Of a DNA stretch of 64,000 nucleotides, positions 1 to 8,370 are shown piece after piece; the stretch's first letter is position 1, and each line of letters opens with the position of its first letter. The DNA is from an uncultured Streptococcus sp. Lineage in GTDB: Bacteria; Bacillota; Bacilli; Lactobacillales; Streptococcaceae. The stretch is from positions 27,319 to 91,318 of the forward strand of contig CAUVRI010000002.1 in assembly GCA_963554405.1 (NCBI GenBank), given 5' to 3'. Below the pieces are notes generated by a model that had not been told where the DNA came from, did no database searches, and worked only from the letters and a program-made list of their open reading frames with translations. The translations under genes were made by a program, and so were the position numbers.

Positions 1-898
1 CCCAATCGAATCTAACAAATACAATGATCTTCGGGAAGCCTTGGAAAAATTGCAATTGAATGACGCCAGTCTTCAATTTGAACCGGAAACTTCTCAAGCC
101 CTCGGTTTTGGTTTCCGTTGTGGTTTCTTGGGTCTCCTTCATATGGACGTTATCCAAGAGCGTTTGGAGCGTGAGTTCAATATTGACTTGATCATGACAG
201 CGCCGTCTGTTATCTACAAGGTCAATTTGACAGATGGAGAAGCACTGGATGTCTCAAACCCGTCTGAGTTTCCAGATCCAACCAAGATCGCTTCGATCGA
301 AGAACCGTATGTCAAAGCCCAAATCATGGTGCCACAAGAGTTTGTTGGAGCAGTCATGGAGTTGGCCCAACGGAAACGCGGTGATTTTGTGACCATGGAC
401 TACATCGATGAAAATCGGGTGAATGTCATCTATCAAATCCCACTGGCGGAAATTGTCTTTGATTTCTTTGATAAATTGAAATCCTCTACTCGAGGCTATG
501 CGAGCTTTGACTATGAGTTGTCTGAATACCGTCCTTCTAAATTGGTCAAAATGGATATCCTTCTCAATGGCGATACTGTCGATGCCCTCAGCTTTATCGT
601 TCACAAGGATTTTGCCTATGAACGTGGTAAGTTGATCGTTGAGAAGCTCAAGAAGATTATTCCTCGTCAACAGTTTGAAGTGCCTATCCAAGCGGCGATC
701 GGTCATAAGATCGTGGCTCGTACAGATATCAAGGCCCTTCGTAAGAACGTCTTGGCCAAGTGTTATGGTGGGGACGTCTCACGGAAACGCAAGCTTCTTG
801 AAAAACAAAAAGCTGGTAAGAAACGGATGAAAGCGATTGGATCTGTAGAAGTACCACAGGAAGCCTTCTTATCTGTCTTGTCAATGGATGAAGAATAA
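1..898 (+). CDS. lepA: Translation elongation factor 4 (LepA), 3' part; truncated by the window start
   Basis: Motifs [24 protein letters not shown] and [25 protein letters not shown]; the frame is open back to position 2. Confidence 0.98.
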   Translation, partial: PIESNKYNDLREALEKLQLNDASLQFEPETSQALGFGFRCGFLGLLHMDVIQERLEREFNIDLIMTAPSVIYKVNLTDGEALDVSNPSEFPDPTKIASIEEPYVKAQIMVPQEFVGAVMELAQRKRGDFVTMDYIDENRVNVIYQIPLAEIVFDFFDKLKSSTRGYASFDYELSEYRPSKLVKMDILLNGDTVDALSFIVHKDFAYERGKLIVEKLKKIIPRQQFEVPIQAAIGHKIVARTDIKALRKNVLAKCYGGDVSRKRKLLEKQKAGKKRMKAIGSVEVPQEAFLSVLSMDEE

Positions 899-904
899 CA
901 ATTA

Positions 905-1080
905 GAGAGTGGGACAGAAATTGGTAATTCGTTAGAATTCGATTTCGTCGTCCCACCTCCGCACAGTTGAGTAGGGCTGTAAAAACTGATGAAATCAGCG
1001 TAGTAGAGCCCACTCAACCACTGCGTCTTGCTCGACAATCCAAAAATAATTGAGAGGCTAGGACTTTTGTCCCAGCCTTT
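905..1080. repeat. Streptococcal intergenic palindromic repeat with three hairpins (STAR-like GTGGGAC...GTCGTCCCAC motif)
   Basis: Stems GTGGGAC/GTCCCAC, GTTGAGTAGGGCT/AGCCCACTCAAC and GAGGCTAGGAC/GTCCCAGCCTT; recognised from memory as a multicopy viridans-streptococcal repeat. Confidence 0.65.
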
Positions 1081-1163
1081 TGTTTTAGGTTCAAAAGAAA
1101 TAGACTGAATAAGAAAGGTTCCATCAGATGTGACACTTATCCTATTTTAAAATACCCACTTTC

Positions 1164-1170
1164 ATGGTAG
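1164..1170. other. attL core (ATGGTAG)
   Basis: The same 7-mer lies at 40086-40092; this copy is ~55 bp beyond the int stop, next to the arm repeats. Confidence 0.65.
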
Positions 1171-1208
1171 GAAAAATAAAAACCCTATGTATCAAGGGCT
1201 TTTGTGTA

Positions 1209-1229
1209 TTGACTACGTTATTGACTACG
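1209..1229. promoter_or_regulatory. Integrase arm-type binding sites, left (TTGACTACG x2)
   Basis: TTGACTACG at 1209-1217 and 1221-1229; the same tandem with 12-bp period occurs at 39971-39989. Confidence 0.75.
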
Positions 1230-2349
1230 CTTCTAAAAATTTTAATAAGCGATCTGCAACATCTGACCGCTGTTTGTCATTTAAGTGCGTGTACATATCG
1301 AGAGTGGTTTGTATGTTTGAGTGACCCAACCTGTCCGATATGGTTTTAGGCTCTACACCAGCTTCAAAAAGTAAACTTGCGTGTGTGTGCCTTAGACTAT
1401 GCACACTAAATTGTTTTAATTTGTGCTTACCTAAAAAGTATCGCAGTTCATCCCGAAAATACGCAAAGTCGAAGTAACCGCCTTTGGTATTCGTAATAAC
1501 AATATTTTGGGGCTTGACACCATTTTTAAAGAATAGTTTCTTTTGCTCTAGCTTCCAGTTTTTTAAAATCTGTACCGTGCTATCGTCTAGCGAGATCGTT
1601 CGTGTACTACGTTTGGTTTTAGGTGATTGAGTGGATAACTTGCCATTGATTGTGACAAGTGTCTTGCTGACTGATATGGTCTTATTTTTAAAATCAATAT
1701 CAGACCATTCGAGTCCAAGCAATTCCCCTCGCCTCAAACCAGTATAGGCAAGTGTATGCCATGCAGTATACAAGACAGGTTTGGCATCTTTCTTTGCCAG
1801 CGTGAGAAATTTGTTTAATTCTTTTTTAGTGAGTGCTATCTTTTCTTTTCGTGGTTTCTGCTGCTTAGGTCGTATAATTCTATCTACTGGATTAGTCTGG
1901 ATAATGTCCAGATGCACGGCATACTTAAATACCCGATTGATGATTGATAGATAATTTAAGTAAGTCACATACTTCTTACTTAACTCTATAACAATCTTCT
2001 GCATCTTGGCCACAGACACGCTCTCTATTCTGATTTCCTTAAAATGATTCTCTATGATAGCATTGAGGTAATTCTTTGTATTTTGGTATGTCGTAGGCTT
2101 TACAGTTGTTTCATAGCTCTCTAACCACAGATCAGCTACCTCTTTAAACGTAGGCTTGCTAGAGTGATCTGTAAATCCATTCTCTTCCACAGAGAGTAGT
2201 AGCTCCCGTTCTGCTTTCTTAGCTTCTTTCTGCGTTTTAAACCCTCTACGGGTCGTTCGTTTTTGCTTGCCAGTAAACGGATCAACACCTAAATATGCTT
2301 GGAGCATATAGCGTGTTTCTCCGTCCTTTGTTAAATATTTCTTAATCAT
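1225..2349 (-). CDS. int: Tyrosine recombinase phage integrase
   Basis: N-terminal arm-binding domain; catalytic motifs TGLRRGE, HSLRHTHA and LGHSNIQTTLDMYTH. Confidence 0.97.
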   Translation of the reverse strand: MIKKYLTKDGETRYMLQAYLGVDPFTGKQKRTTRRGFKTQKEAKKAERELLLSVEENGFTDHSSKPTFKEVADLWLESYETTVKPTTYQNTKNYLNAIIENHFKEIRIESVSVAKMQKIVIELSKKYVTYLNYLSIINRVFKYAVHLDIIQTNPVDRIIRPKQQKPRKEKIALTKKELNKFLTLAKKDAKPVLYTAWHTLAYTGLRRGELLGLEWSDIDFKNKTISVSKTLVTINGKLSTQSPKTKRSTRTISLDDSTVQILKNWKLEQKKLFFKNGVKPQNIVITNTKGGYFDFAYFRDELRYFLGKHKLKQFSVHSLRHTHASLLFEAGVEPKTISDRLGHSNIQTTLDMYTHLNDKQRSDVADRLLKFLEA

Positions 2350-2376
2350 GACAACATCTTGATATTATGCTATACT
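2348..2376 (+). promoter_or_regulatory. Rightward sigma-A promoter overlapping the int start (antisense to int)
   Basis: ATGACA (2348-2353), 17-bp spacer, TG-c-TATACT (2368-2376). Confidence 0.6.
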
Positions 2377-2405
2377 ATGTATAGATTTCAATATCTTTCC
2401 TATCT

Positions 2406-2441
2406 AGCCACCCTTTTGGTTTTACAAGGGTGGCTTTTTTT
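2406..2441 (+). terminator. Intrinsic terminator, plus strand
   Basis: Perfect 10-bp stem AGCCACCCTT/AAGGGTGGCT followed by a T-run on the + strand only. Confidence 0.75.
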
Positions 2442-3150
2442 ATTTGTTTTCTAAAATCTGGATCTTCTCAGTGAGATCATTTATCTTTGCGACATCACTA
2501 TTAAGGTTGTTGATGTAGTAATTTACCTCATCATTTATATCACTATAATTGCTGTAGCCACTGATATTCTGAAAGTAATTGATGATATTTCTACAAAATC
2601 GAGCATGCTCGTTATAGTAAGCAAGTTCTGATCTCAGGATTTTTAATTCAAATTCCTGCTTGTTCCAGTTAGGAAAATCAACATCAAGATTTACTGGAAA
2701 GTTCTTTATAGAGTGGATCTCCCATAAAGCATGATACTTATCAGCAATCTCTTTACCTTCTTTGCTCAGTTTTGTCCGTTCTCCATCATCCAATAACAAA
2801 CCTTTGTCTTTAAATTCCTTTGTTAGCTTTTCTGCATTTAGGTTGTAGTCAGAAAAGAAGTATTTAGGGATGGTTATAGATGATTTTCTGCCTGTTTTAG
2901 TATTCCCCCACCAGACAAGGAGAAGCAGCTCTCTTAACTTATAGCCTTCTGATGTCTGATAGCTATCGGTATAACGAGGGGAATCGAAAGAACGATCCCA
3001 GAAGTCTTGCATTGTTGGTCTAGTCAAAAGTAAATCTACATATTCTTTTGTATAGTAGTCTGGGCCAGCATAAATGGTTGTTGTGACATTTACTTTTTCT
3101 GGCAAGACTCTTTTTTCTTTCTTTTTAAAGAGAAAGTCAAAAAATCCCAT
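2440..3150 (-). CDS. Hypothetical phage protein in the lysogeny module
   Basis: 236-aa ORF (MGFFDFLFKKKEK...) directly downstream of cI, with an RBS-like GAGAG upstream. Confidence 0.75.
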   Translation of the reverse strand: MGFFDFLFKKKEKRVLPEKVNVTTTIYAGPDYYTKEYVDLLLTRPTMQDFWDRSFDSPRYTDSYQTSEGYKLRELLLLVWWGNTKTGRKSSITIPKYFFSDYNLNAEKLTKEFKDKGLLLDDGERTKLSKEGKEIADKYHALWEIHSIKNFPVNLDVDFPNWNKQEFELKILRSELAYYNEHARFCRNIINYFQNISGYSNYSDINDEVNYYINNLNSDVAKINDLTEKIQILENK

Positions 3151-3151
3151 A

Positions 3152-3931
3152 TTATTTCTCTCTTTCTTCCCTATACACATCCACGACTTTACCGATTATT
3201 CTGAAATCGCTGCCCGAATTGATCGGTATGTCTTTGTATTTCTTGTTAAAACTTCTCAAATAAGCCTTGTCTTTTTCTATAATAAGTTGTTTGATATAGG
3301 CTTCTCCCTCGTAGTCAAATACTCCGACCGTGCCACTTGGAAGCTCTACCGTCAATTTGACAAAGACATAATCCCCAGATTTATAATCTGGTTCCATCGA
3401 ATCTCCATAAATTGGGCAGACAAAGTCAGCATCAACCTTAACAGGCAACTGGATTGTCTCTATCTGTACTTCATTTAAATATTGTCCTGTTCCAGCAGAT
3501 ACAGGTTGGTCGTAGTAGTTATATGCTACATATTCCACAGCTACCTCGTGTACTTCCGAGGCTTTTTGTTCTACTAATTGACTTTTGGCAAAATTAAGAA
3601 CATTTTTCTGGTATGGATCTGGTTTCAGTTCTGAAACCACTTTGTCAATCTTTTTGGCAATCTCGCTTTTTGAAGCAGTAGCTGCAGTATTTAGCCTCGG
3701 ATCAATCTGCTCGACAGGAACTTTGAAAAAATCAGCCAATTTCTTACTATTATTTTCAGAAGGTAGTCTCTTACCAGAAAAATATTGACTTAAAGTGCTT
3801 TGAGATATTCCAGATCCTTTGACAATATCTTGTTGAGTCAATCCCTTTTTATCTTTCAGTCTATTTAATTCATCTGCTATTTTTAGGCGCATTTCTAACT
3901 CTAAAGGAGTTAATTTATCTCTTCCTACCAT
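3152..3931 (-). CDS. CI-like repressor (XRE HTH plus S24 peptidase)
   Basis: HTH (LTQQDIVKGSGISQSTLSQY), AG cleavage site VSAGTG, catalytic GDSMEP and YIKQL. Confidence 0.95.
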   Translation of the reverse strand: MVGRDKLTPLELEMRLKIADELNRLKDKKGLTQQDIVKGSGISQSTLSQYFSGKRLPSENNSKKLADFFKVPVEQIDPRLNTAATASKSEIAKKIDKVVSELKPDPYQKNVLNFAKSQLVEQKASEVHEVAVEYVAYNYYDQPVSAGTGQYLNEVQIETIQLPVKVDADFVCPIYGDSMEPDYKSGDYVFVKLTVELPSGTVGVFDYEGEAYIKQLIIEKDKAYLRSFNKKYKDIPINSGSDFRIIGKVVDVYREEREK

Positions 3932-4017
3932 AGTGTCTCTTCCTATATTCTTTTAATGAGATTGTATCACAATTTTATATAAAATAAAAATAATTTTAAA
4001 AAATTTAAAAAAAGTTA

Positions 4018-4046
4018 TTGACAATATCTCATTATTGAGATATAAT
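4018..4046 (+). promoter_or_regulatory. Lytic (cro) promoter with an overlapping operator palindrome
   Basis: Perfect TTGACA-17 bp-TATAAT; palindrome ATATCTCA-TTAT-TGAGATAT at 4024-4043. Confidence 0.88.
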
Positions 4047-4099
4047 AGAATCAAGGTCAGGGAATGATCCATAAAAATAAAAAAGAAAGGAACTGCAAT

Positions 4100-4291
4100 A
4101 TGGAAAAATTGACATTGAAGCAATGGATGGCAGTGCGAAATCTGACAGTGTTACAATTTGCTGATGCTATCGGGGTTAGTTACCCAACGGTATCAAATTG
4201 GCGACTTGGTCATACAAAGCCAAACGCAAAGTATATCCCGATCATAGAGCAAACGCTCGATATCGACTATAAAGATATCATCTGGACATAG
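4100..4291 (+). CDS. Cro-like HTH regulator
   Basis: 63-aa XRE HTH (FADAIGVSYPTVSNWRLG), divergent from cI; RBS AAGGA before ATG 4100. Confidence 0.9.
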   Translation: MEKLTLKQWMAVRNLTVLQFADAIGVSYPTVSNWRLGHTKPNAKYIPIIEQTLDIDYKDIIWT

Positions 4292-4313
4292 TGGTCTAAT
4301 TTTTTTAGAAAGG

Positions 4314-4333
4314 ATATCTCATTAATGAGAAAT
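4314..4333. promoter_or_regulatory. Second operator copy, downstream of cro
   Basis: ATATCTCATTAATGAGAAAT, near-identical to 4024-4043. Confidence 0.7.
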
Positions 4334-4340
4334 AACAAAA

Positions 4341-5249
4341 ATGAATGAATTGGTTTTATCAGACAATCTGAACCAAATTGAACTAGAGATCAATTATCAC
4401 AAAAAACTCGCTGGTGAATCAATTTGGGAAATTGGCAGACGGCTCAATCATGTCAAAGAGAACGATCTAGCGCATGGGCAATTTATGAAATGGCTTGAAA
4501 AAATCGAGTTCAGCCAAACGGTTGCTAATCAATTTATGAGGGTGGCAAAAGAGCTTCCAAATTCTGTGACGTCACAGAATTTAGGAATTAACGTACTTTA
4601 TCTCCTTGCATCTCTTCCAAAAGAAGCAAGAGAAGAACAAATTCAACGAATTGAAGACGGTGAAAGCCCTACTGTTCGACAATTGCGTGATGTTACAAAA
4701 AAACTAAAACTAAGCCAACAAGCGAATGAGCTTCTAAGGGGCGAGAATGAGGCTCTAAAGACTTCTAAAGTAGAAGTGAGGGAAATAATCAAAGAAGTCG
4801 TTCCAGACGATTATGGAGCTACACGGGAGCTAAATAAGCGATTGTTAGTGAAGAACCAAGAATTATCTGACAGCGTGAAGGCTATGGAGGAGCGTTCTGA
4901 GTTTATCAATAACAAACTAAACGAGATGATGGCCCAGCGTGCAGAGGCTGATAAAAAATCTGCTCAATATGACGAATTAACCAGAGCAATCGAAGAATCG
5001 CAAGGGCAACTCAATAGTGTACAAAAACAGATCTCAGCTTACAAGAATATCACAAGCCTGCTTCAAAAAGGAAACGACTTCTTGGCAAGCATGGGCGGTC
5101 TGATCTACGCTGATGAAAAGAATGTCTTGAAAGCTGATGGAATCGTCCGAGATGAATTTGATAGCTTCATCAGTCGTGGGTTGAGATTTTTTAACGATCT
5201 GAACGATATTCGCAAAGAAAGCAATATTTTGGAAGGAGAATTTGAATGA
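4341..5249 (+). CDS. DUF3102-type phage protein
   Basis: N-terminal EIGRRLNHVKENDLAHGQFMKWL motif; coiled-coil C-terminal half. Confidence 0.75.
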   Translation: MNELVLSDNLNQIELEINYHKKLAGESIWEIGRRLNHVKENDLAHGQFMKWLEKIEFSQTVANQFMRVAKELPNSVTSQNLGINVLYLLASLPKEAREEQIQRIEDGESPTVRQLRDVTKKLKLSQQANELLRGENEALKTSKVEVREIIKEVVPDDYGATRELNKRLLVKNQELSDSVKAMEERSEFINNKLNEMMAQRAEADKKSAQYDELTRAIEESQGQLNSVQKQISAYKNITSLLQKGNDFLASMGGLIYADEKNVLKADGIVRDEFDSFISRGLRFFNDLNDIRKESNILEGEFE

Positions 5250-5671
5250 CAAATGAAATTGCAAAAATCAACAATGATTTAACTACAGAAGATGTGATGA
5301 TCCACACATTGCAGGAACTAAAAAAGCTGAAAGAAGGTCAATCTGTTCTAACAGCTGATGTAGATTATTTAAAAAATGAGCAACCAGTGAATCCGTCAAT
5401 TTGTTTAGCACTAGAAAAAATGCGAAAACAAAAAGTTGTCGAATTACTTGGTGGTAAAGATAGCCAAGCTTACAAAGATCGAAAATTTGCACAGTCGGTA
5501 TTTTCGCAGGCAGCCAAAGACTTCAAGGAATACTTCCGAATCCCACGATATGACTTGCTGAAACGCAAAGACGAAGAACAAGCGTTTGACTATTGGGGAA
5601 GCTGGGAACCATCAGCCAACACTAAATTGGAAATCAAAAACCGCAATGGCCAAATGAGTTTGGTTGGTTGA
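5246..5671 (+). CDS. ORF6C-domain (antirepressor-associated) protein
   Basis: VVELLGGKDSQAY...FKEYFRIPRYDLL...W.P motif. Confidence 0.7.
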   Translation: MTNEIAKINNDLTTEDVMIHTLQELKKLKEGQSVLTADVDYLKNEQPVNPSICLALEKMRKQKVVELLGGKDSQAYKDRKFAQSVFSQAAKDFKEYFRIPRYDLLKRKDEEQAFDYWGSWEPSANTKLEIKNRNGQMSLVG

Positions 5672-5763
5672 AATGGCTAGAAAAAAATAAAAAAGCACTT
5701 TTCGGAAAAAGCGCTCACAAAAAATAACTAAATTAATTATAACACAGAATAGAGAGATAGACA

Positions 5764-6009
5764 ATGATTGAAGAATTGATAAAAGAACAAATCAGAGAAA
5801 TCTATCTTGAAGCGAAAGAACAAGCTAAAAAGGAATTGCTACCAGTCAGTCAAGCAGAACTACAAGACATGTTTGGATTTAGCAACGAATACTTAAAACG
5901 CTTGAAGCGCAAGGGATTGAAATTTCGCAAGCAAGGAAAATATACGATGTACGATTTAAACGATGTACATGAAATTTTGGAGTTAGAGAAGGAGATACAA
6001 CATGTATAA
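5764..6009 (+). CDS. Small DNA-binding protein, possibly excisionase-like
   Basis: 81 aa with a winged-HTH-like segment SQAELQDMFGFSNEYLKRLKRKGL; typical position. Confidence 0.55.
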   Translation: MIEELIKEQIREIYLEAKEQAKKELLPVSQAELQDMFGFSNEYLKRLKRKGLKFRKQGKYTMYDLNDVHEILELEKEIQHV

Positions 6010-6256
6010 CGATATTATTGCAGGTTTAACAATTGCAGGAACATTTTTCACGGCTGGGTTTATCGGAGCGGTTTGGGATTTTAAACGAGTACAAAGAAAA
6101 AAAGTCCGTCAAGCGAAACAAGATGCAATCATGCAGCAGTATGAAGAAGATCTACAAGAAAAATTCAACGAAGGCTATCAAGCATCATTTATCGATCTCG
6201 CAGAAGCTCGCAAACATTCTTACTCTGATAATGATTGGGGTATGCAGGAGGTATAA
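6002..6256 (+). CDS. Hypothetical phage protein with an N-terminal TM helix
   Basis: Hydrophobic residues ~5-25; RBS AAGGAG. Confidence 0.7.
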   Translation: MYNDIIAGLTIAGTFFTAGFIGAVWDFKRVQRKKVRQAKQDAIMQQYEEDLQEKFNEGYQASFIDLAEARKHSYSDNDWGMQEV

Positions 6257-7135
6257 ATGGCAGAAAGAAGAATGTTATCAAAAAAGATTTTTCAAAGTCG
6301 AAAATTCTTAATGATGCCGTTCGAAGCGCAAGCTCTATATACTCACTTGATCTTATCGAGTGACGATGATGGAGTGGTTGAGGCTTTCCCAATCGTCCGA
6401 ATGATCGGAGCTAAGGAAGACTCACTGGGGTTACTAGTTGTGAAAAAATTCATTCTACCCCTTAATGATGACATGGTTTACTTTATAACAGACTTTGAAG
6501 AACAAAACAAAATCAGAGCAGACCGAGTACAACCCTCACGCTATCGTGAACTTTTACTAGAAAAAACAGGCTTGGTAGTTGAAGGGAAACGGGTTACAAG
6601 TCAAAAAAAATACATTGACGGACAAGTGACGGACAAGTGTCTGACAGATGACGGACAAGTGACGGACAAGTGTCCGCATAGTATAGGTAAGGATAGTATA
6701 GGTAAGGATAGGATAGTAGAGTCAAGGTCAGCTAATGATGATGAAAATCTAATTTTTAAAAAATTAAAAGAGGCCTTCGGTGAAATGAGCGTGAATGGCA
6801 CTATGGTTGAAGAAGTTGAAAGACTACTTCAACAGTACGGGCAAGAACTTGTAGTTTTGGCTTTAGATAAAACAATCCTAAATGCAGGTAAGTCCCTCAG
6901 ATACACTATGTCAATTCTCCAACGCTGGGACGGCCAAGGTTTGAGAACGGCTGAACAGATTAGGGTAGCTGACGAAGAGTACGAACGGAAGAAATCTAAC
7001 AAAACTCAAGGTGATCCTTATGGGAATATTCCTTCTTGGTCCAATTTAAGACCAGAGAATCAGAAAGAGCCAGAGCCTGAAATGTCTGACGAAGAATATG
7101 AAAGACGGTTGAAGGAGTTTTTAGCAAGTGACTAA
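6257..7135 (+). CDS. Phage replication initiator (replisome-organizer N-terminus, DnaD-like C-terminus)
   Basis: MAERRMLSKKI...AQALY.HL...DDDG start; internal iterons; Y..SIL.RW motif. Confidence 0.88.
   Translation: MAERRMLSKKIFQSRKFLMMPFEAQALYTHLILSSDDDGVVEAFPIVRMIGAKEDSLGLLVVKKFILPLNDDMVYFITDFEEQNKIRADRVQPSRYRELLLEKTGLVVEGKRVTSQKKYIDGQVTDKCLTDDGQVTDKCPHSIGKDSIGKDRIVESRSANDDENLIFKKLKEAFGEMSVNGTMVEEVERLLQQYGQELVVLALDKTILNAGKSLRYTMSILQRWDGQGLRTAEQIRVADEEYERKKSNKTQGDPYGNIPSWSNLRPENQKEPEPEMSDEEYERRLKEFLASD
6616..6707. repeat. Putative phage origin iterons inside the initiator gene
   Basis: TGACGGACAAG x4 (6616, 6627, 6649, 6660) and ATAGTATAGGTAAGG x2 (6678, 6693), followed by an AT-rich stretch. 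Confidence 0.8.
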
Positions 7136-7364
7136 GATTGATTTTAAGAAAGTTAAGACTGACGGCAGCCTATTTCGTGAGTTTGAACGGTACATGAAAG
7201 GATATTTCAACACGCAGATCACAAAAGAACAGTTTTTGAACTTTGTGTGTCTATGTGAGAATAAAAAATTCTATCTTAATCCGTTCCAGATGTGCGCATG
7301 GCTACTCAACAAGCCTGTAGAGGTGATTGTAGACAGATGGTACGATGCGAAAAGGACAAAATAA
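7128..7364 (+). CDS. Hypothetical phage protein
   Basis: 78-aa ORF with GTG start after AAGGAG, overlapping the initiator stop. Confidence 0.7.
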   Translation: MTKIDFKKVKTDGSLFREFERYMKGYFNTQITKEQFLNFVCLCENKKFYLNPFQMCAWLLNKPVEVIVDRWYDAKRTK

Positions 7365-7490
7365 ATGTTTTTTAGAAAAGCAAGAAGAATCAAAGAGCTG
7401 GAAAGCCTCTTAGAAATCTACAAGAAAAGGGATATCGAACATACGAATGTTCTGAGGGTATTACTAAATGGACAAAAACGAAGAAACTAA
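7365..7490 (+). CDS. Small hypothetical protein (41 aa, MFFRKARRIKELE...)
   Basis: AAGGA RBS; abuts the previous stop; below the ORF-track cutoff. Confidence 0.55.
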   Translation: MFFRKARRIKELESLLEIYKKRDIEHTNVLRVLLNGQKRRN

Positions 7491-7575
7491 AGAAGAAATC
7501 GACTATAGAGATCCAGATCTATGGCATTGGTACGGATCAGGCTATCGCTATATAGGCGATGATGATGAAATTTGA
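7468..7575 (+). CDS. Small acidic hypothetical protein (35 aa, MDKNEETKEE...)
   Basis: GAGGG RBS; fills the gap before the recombinase. Confidence 0.45.
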   Translation: MDKNEETKEEIDYRDPDLWHWYGSGYRYIGDDDEI

Positions 7576-7598
7576 GATGAAAAACAGGAGATAAAACA

Positions 7599-8354
7599 AT
7601 GACAAACAACCAAGTGGCAGTTAAAACAACAGGAGACTTTCTTACAAATCCGCAACTATTAAATGCGAAGATCGTCAAGCAGTATCTTGACCCGTCTGGA
7701 AAAGCCAGCGATGAAGAACTAGCTTACTTTATCGCAACTTGTAAAGAGCGCAATTTAAACCCATTTACCAAAGAGGTTTACTTTATCAAGTACGGCACGA
7801 ACCCAGCACAAGTTGTTGTTTCAAAAGATGCCTTTATGAAGCGAGCAGAACAAAACCCTAACTTTGACGGGTTTGAAGCTGGTATCGTGGTAGAAACACC
7901 AGAAGGTGAGATCAAGCAGATAACAGGTACAATCCACAGCAAACATGACGAATTGCTAGGAGGCTGGGCCAAGGTCCATCGGAAAGATCGCAGTTTTCCT
8001 ATAGAGGTAGACGCAGACTTTAAGGCTTACAACACAGGAAAATCTATGTGGGCCAAAATGCCAGAATTGATGATCCGTAAAGTAGCTCTTGTGTCTGCAA
8101 TGCGTGAAGCATTTAGTGAAAATGTTGGAGGCTTGTACACAGCGGACGAAATGGAACAAGCGCAACCTATTGATGTGACACCAAAAGAAAGCCGTGAGGA
8201 AGTCATGAAGCGTAAACAAGCGCAGATTGAACAGATGAAGCAGGAGCAACCAAAGAAAGAGGTTGAACCAATCGCAAGCACGGAATACCCAGCAGAAGAA
8301 ATGCCTTTTGTAGCAGAAGAGCTACCAGAAGAGATTGAGCTGCCATTTACTTAA
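7599..8354 (+). CDS. Bet/RecT-family single-strand annealing recombinase
   Basis: LNPFTKEVYFIKY, W.KMP..MIRKVA and GLYTADEM motifs. Confidence 0.9.
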   Translation: MTNNQVAVKTTGDFLTNPQLLNAKIVKQYLDPSGKASDEELAYFIATCKERNLNPFTKEVYFIKYGTNPAQVVVSKDAFMKRAEQNPNFDGFEAGIVVETPEGEIKQITGTIHSKHDELLGGWAKVHRKDRSFPIEVDADFKAYNTGKSMWAKMPELMIRKVALVSAMREAFSENVGGLYTADEMEQAQPIDVTPKESREEVMKRKQAQIEQMKQEQPKKEVEPIASTEYPAEEMPFVAEELPEEIELPFT

Positions 8355-8370
8355 AAAGGAGACTCGGATA

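Noticed and set aside
1164..1349. 61-aa plus-strand ORF at attL
   Set aside because: Antisense to the int 3' end, spans the arm sites and has no RBS
6616..6707. CRISPR-like array
   Set aside because: Short tandem iterons inside a coding sequence, with no unique spacers and no cas genes
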